DNA of 64,000 bases. Origin: Octopus sinensis (Eukaryota). Shown here piece after piece: positions 13,640 to 26,647 of this stretch (position 1 is the first letter of the stretch; each line of letters starts with the position of its first letter). The position numbers and the translations under genes are program-made. The notes below the pieces were generated by a model that was not told the DNA's origin, did no database searches, and saw only the letters and a list, made by a program, of their open reading frames with translations. The stretch spans positions 48,546,001 to 48,610,000 of the forward strand of contig NC_042999.1 in the NCBI RefSeq assembly GCF_006345805.1, written 5' to 3'.

Positions 13640-13657
13640 AGATAAGTAGATAGATGG

Positions 13658-13749
<92 letters not shown>

Positions 13750-13885
13750 AAGATAGATACATAGATAGATAGATACATAGATAGATAGATATATACATAC
13801 ATACATACATACATACATACATAATACATACATACATACATACATACAAACATACATACATACATACATACATACACAGACAGAC
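13640..13885. repeat. Compound (GATA)n/(TACA)n microsatellite
   Basis: Direct inspection; source of the three spurious ORFs at 13489-14159. Confidence 0.95.
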
Positions 13886-14369
13886 ATAAATGTCTACAGA
13901 TACGTATATGTACATCTGTGAATAACTTGACTGTAAAAGAGCTGCCTTCAATATTATACTGTACAATAAACTTTTCTCTACTTGTTCTATTATTTATCGA
14001 GAGAATATAAGTGATTTTCCTGATTATAACCAGAGCGAAAAGAAAGATACATAATATATATAGAACAACGAAACAGTTACAATGACAGACAGACCAAGGA
14101 GACTTAATGAAGCAGTAGAGAGCTACTATAAATAGACGTTTGAAGATTAAACCTGGCATTAACGAAATTATATTGTGGGGAAAGCTGTAAATGGTAAATT
14201 ATGCAGTGGGTCAGATGTATCGATAGGAAATAATCATTCACTTAAAGTAGTTCAGCAGGTTTCTACGATTTCATCTGTGTGAATGAATAACACTAGTTAA
14301 TGTTGCTACTATTTAGGTTTCTGTGGTTATTGTTGGTATTGATGTGACTGAAGTTACTAATGCGTCAAT

Positions 14370-14640
14370 TGCTACTTTTGGATGTATTGAGTTTTTCTTC
14401 GTGAAGTGGAAGATATTAAAAGCTGTGTTCGACTGAATTTATATACAACATTGTATAAAATGAGCGGCATCTTCAAATACATCAGAATATTTATTGTGTA
14501 AAATAGATATAGAATTCTTGTTTTTGTTTCTACACCAACTCCCGATATTTCAATAGAAACTGCAGTTAAAAAAATGTACTGTCGGCTCATACTATATTCC
14601 ATTCACTTGGGAAATGATCAAACACATACGAATGGATTGA
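14370..14640 (-). mobile_element. Penelope-like element C-terminal (GIY-YIG) relic
   Basis: Translation ..LKMPLILYNVVYKFSRT.. resembles the NVVYKF motif that begins PLE GIY-YIG domains; heavily decayed. Confidence 0.45.
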
Positions 14641-14759
14641 TTCTGTTTTAACATTTCAAGTTTCCTATAACCTTCCTTCTATACGATACGCATATTCTCT
14701 TCTAGAGTTGACCTCTAATTCACTCATCATCAATGCGGCATTTAATATACAATGATAGA

Positions 14760-15162
14760 AAGGCGGCGAGCTGGCAGAAACTTTAGCACGCCGGGCGAAA
14801 TGCGTAACCGTTTTTCGTCTGCCGCTACGTTCTGAGTTCAAATTCCGCCGAGGTCAACTTTGCCTTTCATCCTTTATGGGTCGATCAAATAAGTACCAGT
14901 TACGCACTGGGATTGATCTAATCGAATTAATCTGTTTGTCTGTCTGTGTTTGTCCTCTCTGGGTTTAGCCCCTTGTGGGTAGTAAAGAAATAGGTATTTC
15001 ATCTGCCTTTACGTTCTGAGTTTAAGTTCCGCCGAGGTCCACCTTGCCTTTCATCCTTTAGGGGTCGATAAATTAAGTACCATTTGCTTAATGGGGTTGA
15101 TATAATTGGCTGGCTCACTCTCAAAAAATTTCGGATTTTGTGCCTAGAGCTGAAAAGAATAT
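14760..15162 (+). mobile_element. SINE family A, dimer (head-core-tail1-core-tail2)
   Basis: AGGCGGCGAGCTGGCAGAAAC head; the core occurs twice (about 14815-14920 and 14995-15100), joined by GGGTAGTAAAGAAATAGGTATTTC. Confidence 0.9.
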
Positions 15163-16229
15163 ATAATGATAGACTTAATGTATTCAATATTCATCCAATA
15201 TGACTTTTATCGATGTGCTGTGAAATCTAGTGAAAAAATATGCAGAGCGGAAAAATCTGCGTTATTCAGCGCCATCACAATCGTCTGAGGCAGGCATAGT
15301 AACGTGGCTAACACATATCATGGTAGCACTTATATGCTACATTAATTTTGTATATAAATCTATATGTAACGGAAATAATACAGTAATATTGGTAAATATG
15401 TATGTGGGGTAAAAGGTTTTATGCTTATTTCAGCTCTTCGAGGTACACCATGCGTGATCCCTTGTGAGTAGGATGCTATTCAGTGTTTAGAAAATGCATG
15501 CGATGAAATCTACTATTCAGGTATATTACTGATATTTATTTAGTTAAAGGCGAAAACTTATACAAAGTCTCCTTTTTTCACGGCTTATTTTGCTTTCATA
15601 TTTCAAAAATCATTAGTACAACAGTGTAAGAGTTCCCACCTCGGCAATTTATGTTCTGTTTTTACATGCCTATTTCGTAAACGAAATCAGTATTCATTTA
15701 TTTATTGCATGGTTTATTGTTTACTTTATCTCGATTTTCTTTTCCCTGAATATTTCTTATCGAATTTGGAAATTTTCTACAGAATTAAGGAAAAAAACTT
15801 CTGTAATTGATTTTAAAAGATTTCTGTTTCGTTTGCGTACTTACCAAATAGTTGCTATCACATTCATACAAATACAATATGAGCAATAATCAGCGATGAA
15901 GTATAGCATTCTGTCTTCTAGACATTAACTACTGCTAGATATAATGTATTAGATGAATCAAATCTGAAAGAGGTCATTAGTTGCTGGTTCAGCCTTGCCA
16001 TTATTTTAAGTAGATGCCACATGCGCATGTTTTGGTATGAGTAAATCTAATGCACTTAAAATACATATGCATGAAACGAACTTAATGTTATGCTGTCCTA
16101 GGGTAATTTTGCATACTTATACTATAAATTTGTAAATGCTACCGAGAAATTGTGTTGTCGAGAAGAAACAAATAGTAGATGTGAAGATATACATGATAAA
16201 TATATATATGTGACTATATTCGAGATTTA

Positions 16230-16740
16230 TTGATTCTGTATATTTAGGCAGCAGAAAAAGACTTTGATGAACAGACTTATCACATCTAGACTCAACATTT
16301 GATTGGATTTAATGGAGGTATCCTTGATCAATTCTGTGAAGTAGGTGGAATTCCTCACAAATGATGTTGACTTTCCTGCTAATGGGCTGATTAAATCCAC
16401 AAGGAAGCGGCTCAGTGGATGACATGCTGAACATCTACAGCTCACCATAGGTTTCAATGGAATACCATCTTTGACAATCCTAGGAAGACCGTACATGTGT
16501 GGTAGTTTACTGTAATGTTGAGTCAGTTGTCTGACTTCATTGGTGTAAAGTGATCCTTGCTCTGTACAACTCCCTCTCTGTTTTCAGAGTTGGATCTTTC
16601 TTTACTTTGCTGTAGCTACCGTCACTTATAAGACTTGCCAATTTTTCCTAGTAGTCAGACTTGTTCATCACCACTGTAGCATTTCTCTTGTCCGCTGTCA
16701 AAGTGGTATCAAATGCATAGCAATTGTAATGGTGAATATT
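16230..16740 (-). mobile_element. Penelope-like retrotransposon reverse transcriptase fragment
   Basis: MYGLPRIVKDGIPLKPMVSC..LSRFLVDLISPL..VRNS..LSLDVISLF matches the PLE RT signature YGLPKIHK-PLRPIVS..SLDVVSLF. Confidence 0.9.
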
Positions 16741-17443
16741 CAAATACTATCAACTCAGTATTACATTCACTGAACTATCGTTTCCTGACTGCGACACCTT
16801 GATAAGTTTTTAATTATTTTCGATAAAGGAAATAATATGCACAGGACTGAAACTTTGCCAGATCTTGCATTTTGTTCATTAGTTTTTTTTTTTCTTCTGC
16901 GAAATAACTTTGTAGGCGATTAACTGGATTAGGAATTATCATGTCCGTGCTTACGTCGCCATAAGATATTTTCTTTGTTGCTATTACTAGTAATGTAATG
17001 ACTACAGAAATGTGCTAGTTTACTAAAACTAACACGTAGTGTCAACCAAAGATTTCATTCCAACTAAACTATTGCGATTTTCAAACACTGAGAAAATAAA
17101 CAGTATCGTGTCTTTGATTACAATAACAGTATCATTGTGGCGTAGTGGTGGTGTTGTCTTCACTTCTTAGTATTTTGTTGTGACGAAATATTCTGGGAGA
17201 AAAATAAATCGAGGATATTTCTCTCGCTTACTTATCGCATATATTAATTTGCATAGAAATTGTTTAGTTGAATATATTAAAATATGAAAAATAGGTGAGT
17301 TGCAAGACACCCGCTATTTCTGATTGTAATACCATGTATTACACGTATTACTTTTATCTCAACAAATTGCTTACATTTTCGTATAAATCTAGTGAATTAG
17401 ATATATAATCAAATAAGTTGGCTGAGTAAAACTGTGTATGAAT

Positions 17444-17775
17444 TAACCATTACGCATTATGCCCGTGGGCATATGGCGTTGTGGTTAAGAGCGCGGGTTA
17501 CTAACCCCAAAATCCCGTGTTCTATTCCAAGCAGTGGCCTGAATAATAATAATAATAATAATAGTAATGATAATAATAATAGTAATAATAATAATAATAA
17601 CATCGAAAAATACCATAGGAATGAGAACCCAGGTTCGAAATTTCCCCCAAGACACCCGATGAAGACTGGGGGGAACATCAGCCGAAACTTTGTTTAACAA
17701 CAAACAAGATGAGGACAAATATCCGTCAAATGTAAATAATGTGTATTATTCCTGATCTCTTAAATATAGAACTGT
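17444..17775 (+). mobile_element. tRNA-head + (AAT)n + hammerhead SINE-like unit (single arm plus stub of the inverted arm)
   Basis: Palindrome centred on TATGCCC-GT-GGGCATA; A-box-like TGGCGTTGTGG; (AAT)n; GACAC-CCGATGA-A-GACTG..CAGCC-GAAAC at 17651-17688; tail shared with both arms at 38.6-39.5 kb. Confidence 0.85.
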
Positions 17776-18374
17776 AGAACTAGTAACTGCTTCTGCAATT
17801 CAAAATTGTAATTGAGACAATTCCCTAGATTTCTTTCTTGTTAATCATTTAATTTAAATATTTCTTTACAAAGGTAATATTTTATTCAAGCATAAGTCAG
17901 ACGTGTGGCTTCAGAGAATGACAATAGTAATCGATGTCGTTGAGGTGGAGAGTTCCCATTGTGACGGTCTCTGCAAGGAAGATATTTATATGACAAATAC
18001 CGGCTTCTTGTAATAATGCTTCTTATAATCAATAGAGCCGTTAAAAATTAATTATTTCATCTTTATCTTGAGACCATTGATACCGATACAGTATATCAAC
18101 GTTTACATTTTTACAACAGGTACAAACACATTCAACACACTAGTTACGGAACTTCTCTTAAATTTATAGTTTACACAGTTTATAGAGATAATTATAATTA
18201 GGCTGTGTGGAATATTTAAGAGATACTTCGTCCAATATACAGCAAGCTACTGGTGTCTGTGCCATTAGTGTTTGGTGACGGCAATCCCTCAAATTCGCTC
18301 CCTGCAAATCTTCGGTTTATCTCGGAGTATAAAAAGCCTAACATGTATGACTGCGTTTAATATTCCTTTCCCAT

Positions 18375-18579
18375 ATAAGCCCAAGTCTTGAATCTTTTTA
18401 AGGGTGCTATTCGATTACATCAACTCCAATGATCAACTGGTACTTACTTTTTCGACCCCCAAAAGGACGAAAGGTAAAATGAACCTCTGCGGAATTTGAA
18501 CCCAGAAAGCAAAAGGCGAACGAAATGCCGCTTAGAAATTTTCTCAGCGTGCTAAGGATTTTAACAACTCGCTACTTTA
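18375..18579 (-). mobile_element. SINE family A, degenerate monomer
   Basis: AACTGGTACTTA..CGACCCC..GAAAGGTAAAATGAACCTCTGCGGAATTTGAACCCAG matches the family A reverse complement. Confidence 0.75.
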
Positions 18580-18777
18580 AATGCCTTTTATAATAAAGGG
18601 ATATTTTGTTTCACTCGTCCAAGTGAAAATTCAGACCTCAAAAGATATATGTGTAGAAATATATACGTAACATTTTCTTTTCTTTTTTTTTTTTTGCGTT
18701 TCACTACATTGTGATATCCTTCGAGCATTAAGAGGTAAAGTTGCAAAATTGTCTCTCAAATTAAATCAAATACATAA

Positions 18778-18868
<91 letters not shown>

Positions 18869-19923
18869 GAACAAAAAATACGTATTTATAAACAAATACA
18901 AATTGTTTTAATATATTCAATTTATCTAAAAGAGAAGGTAAAACCGAAATATATTTTAATGTACTATAAAAATAATAATGATGTTTTGTTTCTGGCTATA
19001 TGTGAGGAGCAATTGATAAAATATGAAGAAGACTTATGAAACATGACTTTAGGGGACAGACACAATTAAAAATAATTATTGTTAGATGAACAGCTGATGA
19101 AATATAAACTTAAAAATGCGAATAGACGAGACTAATTATATTAAAATTGATAATTTCTCTAGTAGAAACTAGATAAGAAAACGATAGATATATGGCAGGC
19201 GCTTCTACGTACATCTAAGCTTAAGTAAAAAAAAAAAAGGAGTTACGTAAGCTCAACAATTTCTTGGAATGACTATAATGTTAACAGTGTTATGAAATTA
19301 AATTCACCAATTAATAAATATGCATTGTTTAGATGATCGTCAATGTGGAAAAATGAATCAAACCATGGACTCGACTTAATCCAATTAATCATTGAAAGGT
19401 GGCTGAACAAACGGCATGACATTTAATGGGAGCTACGATACTGGTGACGGGAAGCTGGACACAAGAAGCCTTAATGCTTCGAAAAGAATCGTCTCCGCTT
19501 CAACCACATACGTGTCAATTAGGATTTAGCGGGAATTACTAATACAATATCTGCTTTGTAAACAGCTAAATTAACGGCGATAGAACATATAAAAATGTCT
19601 CTGTCAACGACTCTTTCTATCCCCCAAAAGGTCAAAATTGCTTTCGATCACACAGGGGTCGATCAAATTGTAATACTAGTCAATGTCTAAGATCAGTTTA
19701 ATCGTCATTATCCACCCAGTTGTTCCTAACTCTGAAGCAAATATACTTAATGAGAGTAGCAGTGGTTGTCCGACAGTAGTTCTACATATTCGAGTTTATC
19801 CAGTATATATGAACGACTGCTTAATAATTTGCACTGGAATTTTGCTTCATTTGTGGACAATATAAGCCCTTCAATGGAATCCACAAAAATACGTGACAAT
19901 GTGACTGTGTTTGACATAAGGAT

Positions 19924-19933
19924 ATTATTATTA

Positions 19934-19986
<53 letters not shown>

Positions 19987-20020
19987 GTTATTGTTGTTGT
20001 TGTTGTTGTTGTTGTTATTA

Positions 20021-20067
<47 letters not shown>

Positions 20068-20087
20068 GTTATTATTGTTATTATTAT
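19924..20087. repeat. (TTA)n/(TTG)n microsatellite
   Basis: Direct inspection. Confidence 0.95.
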
Positions 20088-20094
20088 GTTAAAA

Positions 20095-20625
20095 ACTCAC
20101 AGCTTCTTTTGCTGGGTATGATGGAAAGAATCAGCTGTCCACAGCCAAAAGACTGTGACCTTGGCTTACTGGTCACACTTCAAGACGGTGGGTATCAGGT
20201 CTACACTCCTCATTCAACCCATTTTACCACTTCAATTCGTCATATGTTTTCATATTGATATAGTTTCCCCACTAGCATCTAATGACCTAAGGTAACACCC
20301 CTTATTTTGCGAGCACCATCCGCAGTATTCGAGTGGTCCTAAGCAATGCTGTCTTCTGCAAGTGCTCCACCTTATTGCAGACCCTATTTGTTCCATGTAC
20401 TTCCCAAGATTGTCACTCACTGTTCCCAAGACTCCTTCAATTATTGGTACCCCTAACACCTTTTTCATCGACCACAACTGCTTAACCTCCCAAACTAACA
20501 TGCCATAACTATCAACATTACTTTTTCCTTATCACACACATTGTCAGCTGGATATGCTTTATCTATGATCCAGCATCGTTTGCTTTCTATCTCAATTAAC
20601 ACTATGTGAGGTTTCCTATTCGCTA
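20095..20625 (-). mobile_element. Dong/R4-clade LINE 3' end (RLE domain plus 3' UTR), family B
   Basis: IANRKPHIVLIEIESKRCWIIDKAYPAD..LVWEVKQLWSMKKVLGVPIIEGVLGTV is the restriction-like endonuclease C-terminus; flanked by TAA repeats on both sides. Confidence 0.85.
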
Positions 20626-20628
20626 TCT

Positions 20629-20955
<327 letters not shown>

Positions 20956-20956
20956 T

Positions 20957-21640
20957 ATGGGAGAGCAGTGCATACCATCAAAGTGACACTGGGGTGAAAT
21001 ATACGAAGCCCAGTATACCCATCATGACTACCCGTCTGGGACGGGTAAACCAGGCGCATGCATCACAACTGTGCGTGCTCTACATGGTGATCTGATATCA
21101 AGATAAACAGTGCATAACCTTGTAGGTGTGGCCTGTTGGAATTTTATTCAGGTCGATTTGCCTAACCCGCTCAAAAGGTCCCTGAATAAGGTTTGTTTAA
21201 GGATGTTGAACAAGACACCCACGTTTCTAAAGGGGAATTATCCAAACCCTAAAGAATTCCTCTCAACACATGACTATGATGCTCCTCCCCTACTTCTCGT
21301 GACCAAGGAGGCACATATGGTCAGCCACTAAGTGACATGCTGAAGTGGTTCAGGTCAAGCAACTGAAAGCAAATCTGTGGTATTGAGCAAAATATTTGTA
21401 GTAGACTGTCCTTTATACCAAGAGAAAACAATGTACGTGATAACACTTGCAATCACTTACGATTAGGAGGCATATGAGCCACTGCCTGTTACTGCAACCT
21501 GGCATGTGCCTTTGAGCAGAATATTTGCTACTGCCCATATTTTATACCAAGACACATCAATGTACATGATTACACTTCCAATTAGTTACCATCAGAAATC
21601 GTGTGAGTCACTGCCTGGAACTGCATCAGAGCAACATTCC
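20957..21640. repeat. Non-coding interspersed repeat associated with TAA arrays (copy 1)
   Basis: About 300 bp of it recur at 22965-23285 (GGTCCCTGAATAAGG..GTCAGCCACTAAG..GCAAATCT..TTTATACCAA); possibly a Dong UTR. Confidence 0.7.
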
Positions 21641-21659
21641 TGGGACTGCATATTATAAT

Positions 21660-22960
21660 TATTATCATACAGTATTCTTATGTTTATCACGTGCTTTCCT
21701 CGCATACTGAGCGCAGCTCTGTGTGCCTTGGGTGTGTGTTGTCTTTTGTTATGATGCTTTTATTATTACTGTATTGAAAGTGTTCTACATAGGATGTGTA
21801 TGTTGCCTAGTAGTGCTATTCTGTATATTATATATATATTTGTTAGTCCTGGTGTTTTTGCTATGTATTTGTCCGAATATTTATCATACGTAATGCGCCT
21901 ATTATGATAGGAATTGTTTGTCTTAAACTCCACATTCAAGTTAAGTCTACTGTATTTGTATTTTGAAAGATTCTCCATTTCTTTTAGAGAAACGTTGTCA
22001 TCTGTTGGTATTGATGCATCGAATTAGAACGTATTTTGTTCTTGATGATCTCTGACAACTATATCCCGCATATTGCTCTATCTGTGTATATTGGCATAAC
22101 CCATATTATTAATGCGTTCTCATTTTCATTGACCTTTCCTGGCGTGTATATATATCATCTTCTTTTGTTGATATTCCATAGAGCTGGCATAGCTTCAAGT
22201 GTATATAGGTTCCAACTCTGTCGTGGATGTGAATATATCCATTCTCAGCCAGGACTGGGCAACAAGAGACAATATAGTTTATTGTTTCTTGTCCATTTCC
22301 ACATATTCTGCAGTTACTTCTTATGTTTCTTTTCATTACATGCTTTTGGTAATTTGTGTTGGGGAGGCTTTGGTCTTGATCTGCAATTAAAAATCCTTCA
22401 GTCTCAGCTATGAGCCCTGAGATTCTCAGCCAGTGTTGGGATTTTACTTTCTCTATTTCTTTTGCGTTCAGTTAAGCCACGAAGGGGCTTTTCTACCATC
22501 GTTTTATCGTGATCTATTGTGGCTCCAGTATTAGTTTGGATTTTAATTTTTTTACCGTTTTTGTTGTTTCTGTTTTTCTTAATAGCTGTTAGGTACTATG
22601 ACTTCTTTTCTGTTTTTGTCAACTTAAAAACGAAAAACAGTTTTTTCTTTCGTTTTCTTCGTGATTTGTGGCTATTTGTATTAGTTTTCCTTGCTTCTGA
22701 AGCAGGTATTTCTCTAGTCCTATGTTGGTTATTTTGTAATAGTTTTTCAGTTGTATAAAGCCTCTACCGCCTTCTATACGTTATATATATATAACCATTC
22801 TATGTCAGATTTTGAATTGTGCACCCTAACTCCTGTCAATATTTTTATTGTTTTCCTGTCTATTTTGATTAGTTCATTTAGTGTCCTGTTAAGAATAGTG
22901 TAGATGTAACTCATAACTGGGGCGGCTGCAGTGTTGATAACTATTATCTTGTTAGAATTT
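21660..22960 (-). mobile_element. Dong/R4-clade LINE 3' part (RT C-terminus, CCHC finger, RLE, 3' UTR), family A
   Basis: ..IDRKTIKILTG..SDIEWLYI..EGGRGFIQL.., CRICGNGQETINYIVSCCPVLA..HDRVGTYIH and ENLSKYKY; multiple stops and frameshifts. Confidence 0.92.
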
Positions 22961-22964
22961 TCAC

Positions 22965-23285
22965 AGTTAGAATTTTCTTCTGGTCGTTTAGCCCTTCCCG
23001 CTCACAAGGTCCCTGAATAAGGATTGTTTGAACGAACCACCCATGTCTCCAAAGGTGAATTATCCAAACCTCTAAGAATTCCTTTCAACACACGGCTATG
23101 ATTCTTCCCTACTACTTCATCTCATGATCAGAGATGCTCATATTGTCAGCCACTAAGGGACATGGTCAACTGGTTAAGGTCAAGCAACTGACAAGCAAAT
23201 CTATGGTGCTGAGTAGAATATTTGCTGTAGCCCATCTTTTATACCAACACAAAACAATGTACATGATAATACTTCCAATCCATTA
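22965..23285. repeat. Non-coding interspersed repeat associated with TAA arrays (copy 2)
   Basis: Diverged copy of about 21140-21450. Confidence 0.7.
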
Positions 23286-23289
23286 TTAT

Positions 23290-23560
23290 TTTTTTTCTTC
23301 TTCAAATATTCTTCCGTTTCTCGGCGAGGGTTTTCCGTACACCAAGGGCAGAGAAGTTCATTGTATGCATTCCCAGATTACACGCGCAAATCCACAGGTA
23401 AAATATGTATTAAAAAATTTATAAATAAATTTGTGAATGGGTGTTGTTTCCACAGCGATAATGCTCTTCTCAGTACATGAGCCGTTCCAGTTAATACCTT
23501 TTTTGCACTTCTTCTAGGGATGGTACGCCTGGTATCATTTTCAAATAGGTTTCAGTACCT
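23290..23560 (-). mobile_element. Dong/R4-clade LINE extreme 3' end, family C
   Basis: Minus-strand translation ..YLKMIPGVPSLEEVQK-VLTGTAHVLRRALSL* is a typical Dong/R4 C-terminus; it abuts (TAT)n at 23561-23720. Confidence 0.75.
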
Positions 23561-23592
23561 TATTATTATTACTATTATTATTATTATTATTA

Positions 23593-23646
<54 letters not shown>

Positions 23647-23673
23647 TTATTATTATCATTATTATTATTATTA

Positions 23674-23720
<47 letters not shown>

Positions 23721-25352
23721 AATGCAGTGTGCATGTAGCATCGTTAACACACTGGTCTAAGTGTTTAGCAGTATCTTGGCCGTCTTTAATTTTTGAATAT
23801 GCCACAGAGTTCGAATGTGCCTTTCAGCCAGTTGAGCAATGGATACCAATAAATCGACTACTGCCCACTCACAAAAAAATCAGTGTTTATGCTTTCAGTA
23901 GAAAGGACTATTGAATTTTATTTTTGTTTTTACTATATGATTTCCCTAAAAAAATGAACGATTTTCCACTCGTTTCATATTGATTTTTGCCAAGGTTTTT
24001 GAATGAAAAATTATGATTAGCCTATTTTGAAATAGAGAATCGAAAGAATGAAATAATGCTTTACCAAATATTTCGGCTGGGTGAAAAGGTTGACTTTTGC
24101 ACAAAAATTGTGCCAGCTACGCAACTGGATTGTAGTCTCCCTTTTTTTTATTCTCTTTGGTTGAAGTGAATTTTTCAGTCGTATCACTGAAATTATGATG
24201 AAAGGCATAACTCCTCTATTTAACGTGGTTGTTTTCGTGAATAACGCTAGAATATTTAGTAGTGTCTGTCTGGTATTCTAAGATTAAAATCTTGCAGTGG
24301 TGGCATAAATCTTTTGGATACCATACGCTTGCTCATATGTGTATAATGTAATATATACTAGCTAGATACAAATGTGAAGTTTCAAAAAGTACTTGTTATG
24401 CTTGTGCTATTTACAAACGTTTTGAAGGACTAGTGAGATGAGGAAATATAGATGCTACGAGAGTGGTTGAAAACCTTGCCTCACTCACACCACTAAGGCC
24501 ATCACACTGAAATTCATTATCTGAACACCACAAAGAGTGGCACCTTATCGTCAACACTTTTGTGGGCAAGTGCAATATGCAGCAGTGAAAAGTGTCGCAG
24601 TCAGCAGTAATCTGGAAAATGAAAGAATTTCTCATCAAGAAAAAGAGTTTATTTCCACTAAATAGAATTTGTGTCAGAAGAAATGTTTTATCCGAGTGCT
24701 GGAAGCCCACATGTATTATAGAGACATGCGACTGTGTTATTAAGAAATGGGAACTACAAATATTACATATATGTTTGTTTAAGTCTTGGTATGGAAAGTG
24801 ATCAACCTTATACCAATAAGCTTTCAGTTCAAATTCAGAGCAACCGTTATTTCAAAAATATTATTTCATTCAGGCGAAGCGAATCGTACAGAGCAGAGAG
24901 CACGTTTAACAAAAATTACAAATTCTTTCTATTTTTCTTTCTTTCTTTCTTTATTTATTTATTTATTCTTTATTTATTTATTTCTCTCTCTCTCTCTCTC
25001 TCTCTCAGTCACGGACACACCAACTGACATATGTATTGACACGCTCATGCACATCATCTTTTTCATTTCGGTATATCGTGCCCGAAGAAGGTTTTTTCTA
25101 CGACATCGTAGCATTTGATTCTTTATAAATGGAGAGGTATTATTCGAGGAGCTAGCGAACACTCCATATAGCTGAAAACCCATCAAAATATGGAACATAA
25201 TTGCGCCTTTCTGTATTGAAAATAAATGAAGTAGAAAAAACTGTAGTTATATTAAGACTTGGTTGCTATTAATTTGTATGATAAGTGCCCCGCCACTGAA
25301 ATGTTCATTCAACGTTTGCGAACACTTCGAAACCCAAGACTACCGCCACATA

Positions 25353-26647
25353 TCAGGCTGAGTAAAAAGTAAGCAACATTTTGAACCATGAAGAATCAGT
25401 ACGGAATTTTTGCAGTGTTTTGAATTGTTTAAACAGCTTTTGCCAGTTGCCTGATAATAGAGAAAGAGATTTGCACAAATGCATCAATAAATTAATGCTG
25501 ACATTAATTCTGACATTCTCCATTCTTACAATCACCTTAAATAAAACTGTGAAAGCGAAATATTCGCACAATTTTGTAATTCAACGTAAAGCAGCTGACG
25601 ACATAATGCAGCTGAAACTTTTCGTGATATCAACGAAATGTTTGGTGAGGAAATGACCAGTAAGTGGTCAGCTGGAAAATGGTTTAAACGACTTCGCAGT
25701 GGAGAGCTGGGCCTTGAGGTTCGTGAGCGTGGTGGACTCCCATCTGTCATCGATGACGGTCAATTAAAGACAGTCATTCAGAGAGATCCAAATAAAATCA
25801 CACGAGAGCTGGCAAAAGAATTTGAAGTTAGCCAGAAAACTGCCAGCAACCATTTGCATGCGACCATAAAATCACAAAGGCTCGACAAATGCTTACCAAT
25901 GGAGATGAATGGAAATCAGAAATCTACAGATATAAATTTTGCTTGTTGCTTCTTCTCCGTAACCAGGCTGATCCATTTCTCGACGGTATTATAACATGCG
26001 ATGAAAAGTGGACTTTGTATAATAATAAAAAAGAACGTTCTTCGCAGTGGCTGGACCAAAATGAAACACCAAAAACCTTCCCTAAACCCCAGCTCTTCAA
26101 ACAGAAGGTTATGATGACGGTATGATGGTGTACAGCTGGACTCATCCACTATAACTTCTTAAAACCCGGAAAAACCATAACTGCAGAAGCATATTGCCGT
26201 GAAATTGTCAAAATGAACGAAAACCTGCTACTCCTCCTTACCAGACTAGTCAACAGAAGAAGACGAACAATTCTTCATGACAATGCTCGACCACACATTT
26301 CGCTATTGACGCTTCAGATGTCGAGGGAACTTAGCTACGAAGTTCCTCCCCACCTAACATATTCCCCAGACCTTCCTTTTACCGAATATCACTTTCTGGG
26401 GGATCTTGATGGTTTCCTGCGAGAGAAGGAGTTCAAAAACAAACCGATACTGAAAGTTTATTCAATGAGTTCATCAACTCCAGAACTCCAGAGTTTTATG
26501 TTACCAGAATATACAACCTTGTAACTCGATGGCAAAAATGTGTTGCTTGTAATGGTACTTACTTCGATGAATAAAATTTCCGCATCATTGAATATAGTGT
26601 AATGTATTTAATATTTCTAAACGTTGCTTACTTTTTACTCAGCCTGA
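25353..26647 (+). mobile_element. Full-length mariner (DD34D) transposon, transposase pseudogenised
   Basis: Perfect 25-bp TIRs TCAGGCTGAGTAAAAAGTAAGCAAC / GTTGCTTACTTTTTACTCAGCCTGA; TA on the left; 1295 bp; motifs IITCDEKW, LHDNARPH, YSPDLPFTEYH. Confidence 0.95.

Noticed and set aside
21607-21620. 14-mer GTCACTGCCTGGAA shared with the tRNA-HHR head (38861-38874)
   Set aside because: Exact 14-mer matches are expected by chance in a 64-kb window; not enough to claim relatedness.
24290-24700. Possible additional Tc1/mariner relic
   Set aside because: Only vague similarity; no paired TIR or catalytic motif found.
24974-25215. Minus-strand 74-aa ORF behind a polypyrimidine acceptor
   Set aside because: No recognisable homology and no convincing donor; it runs into a microsatellite.
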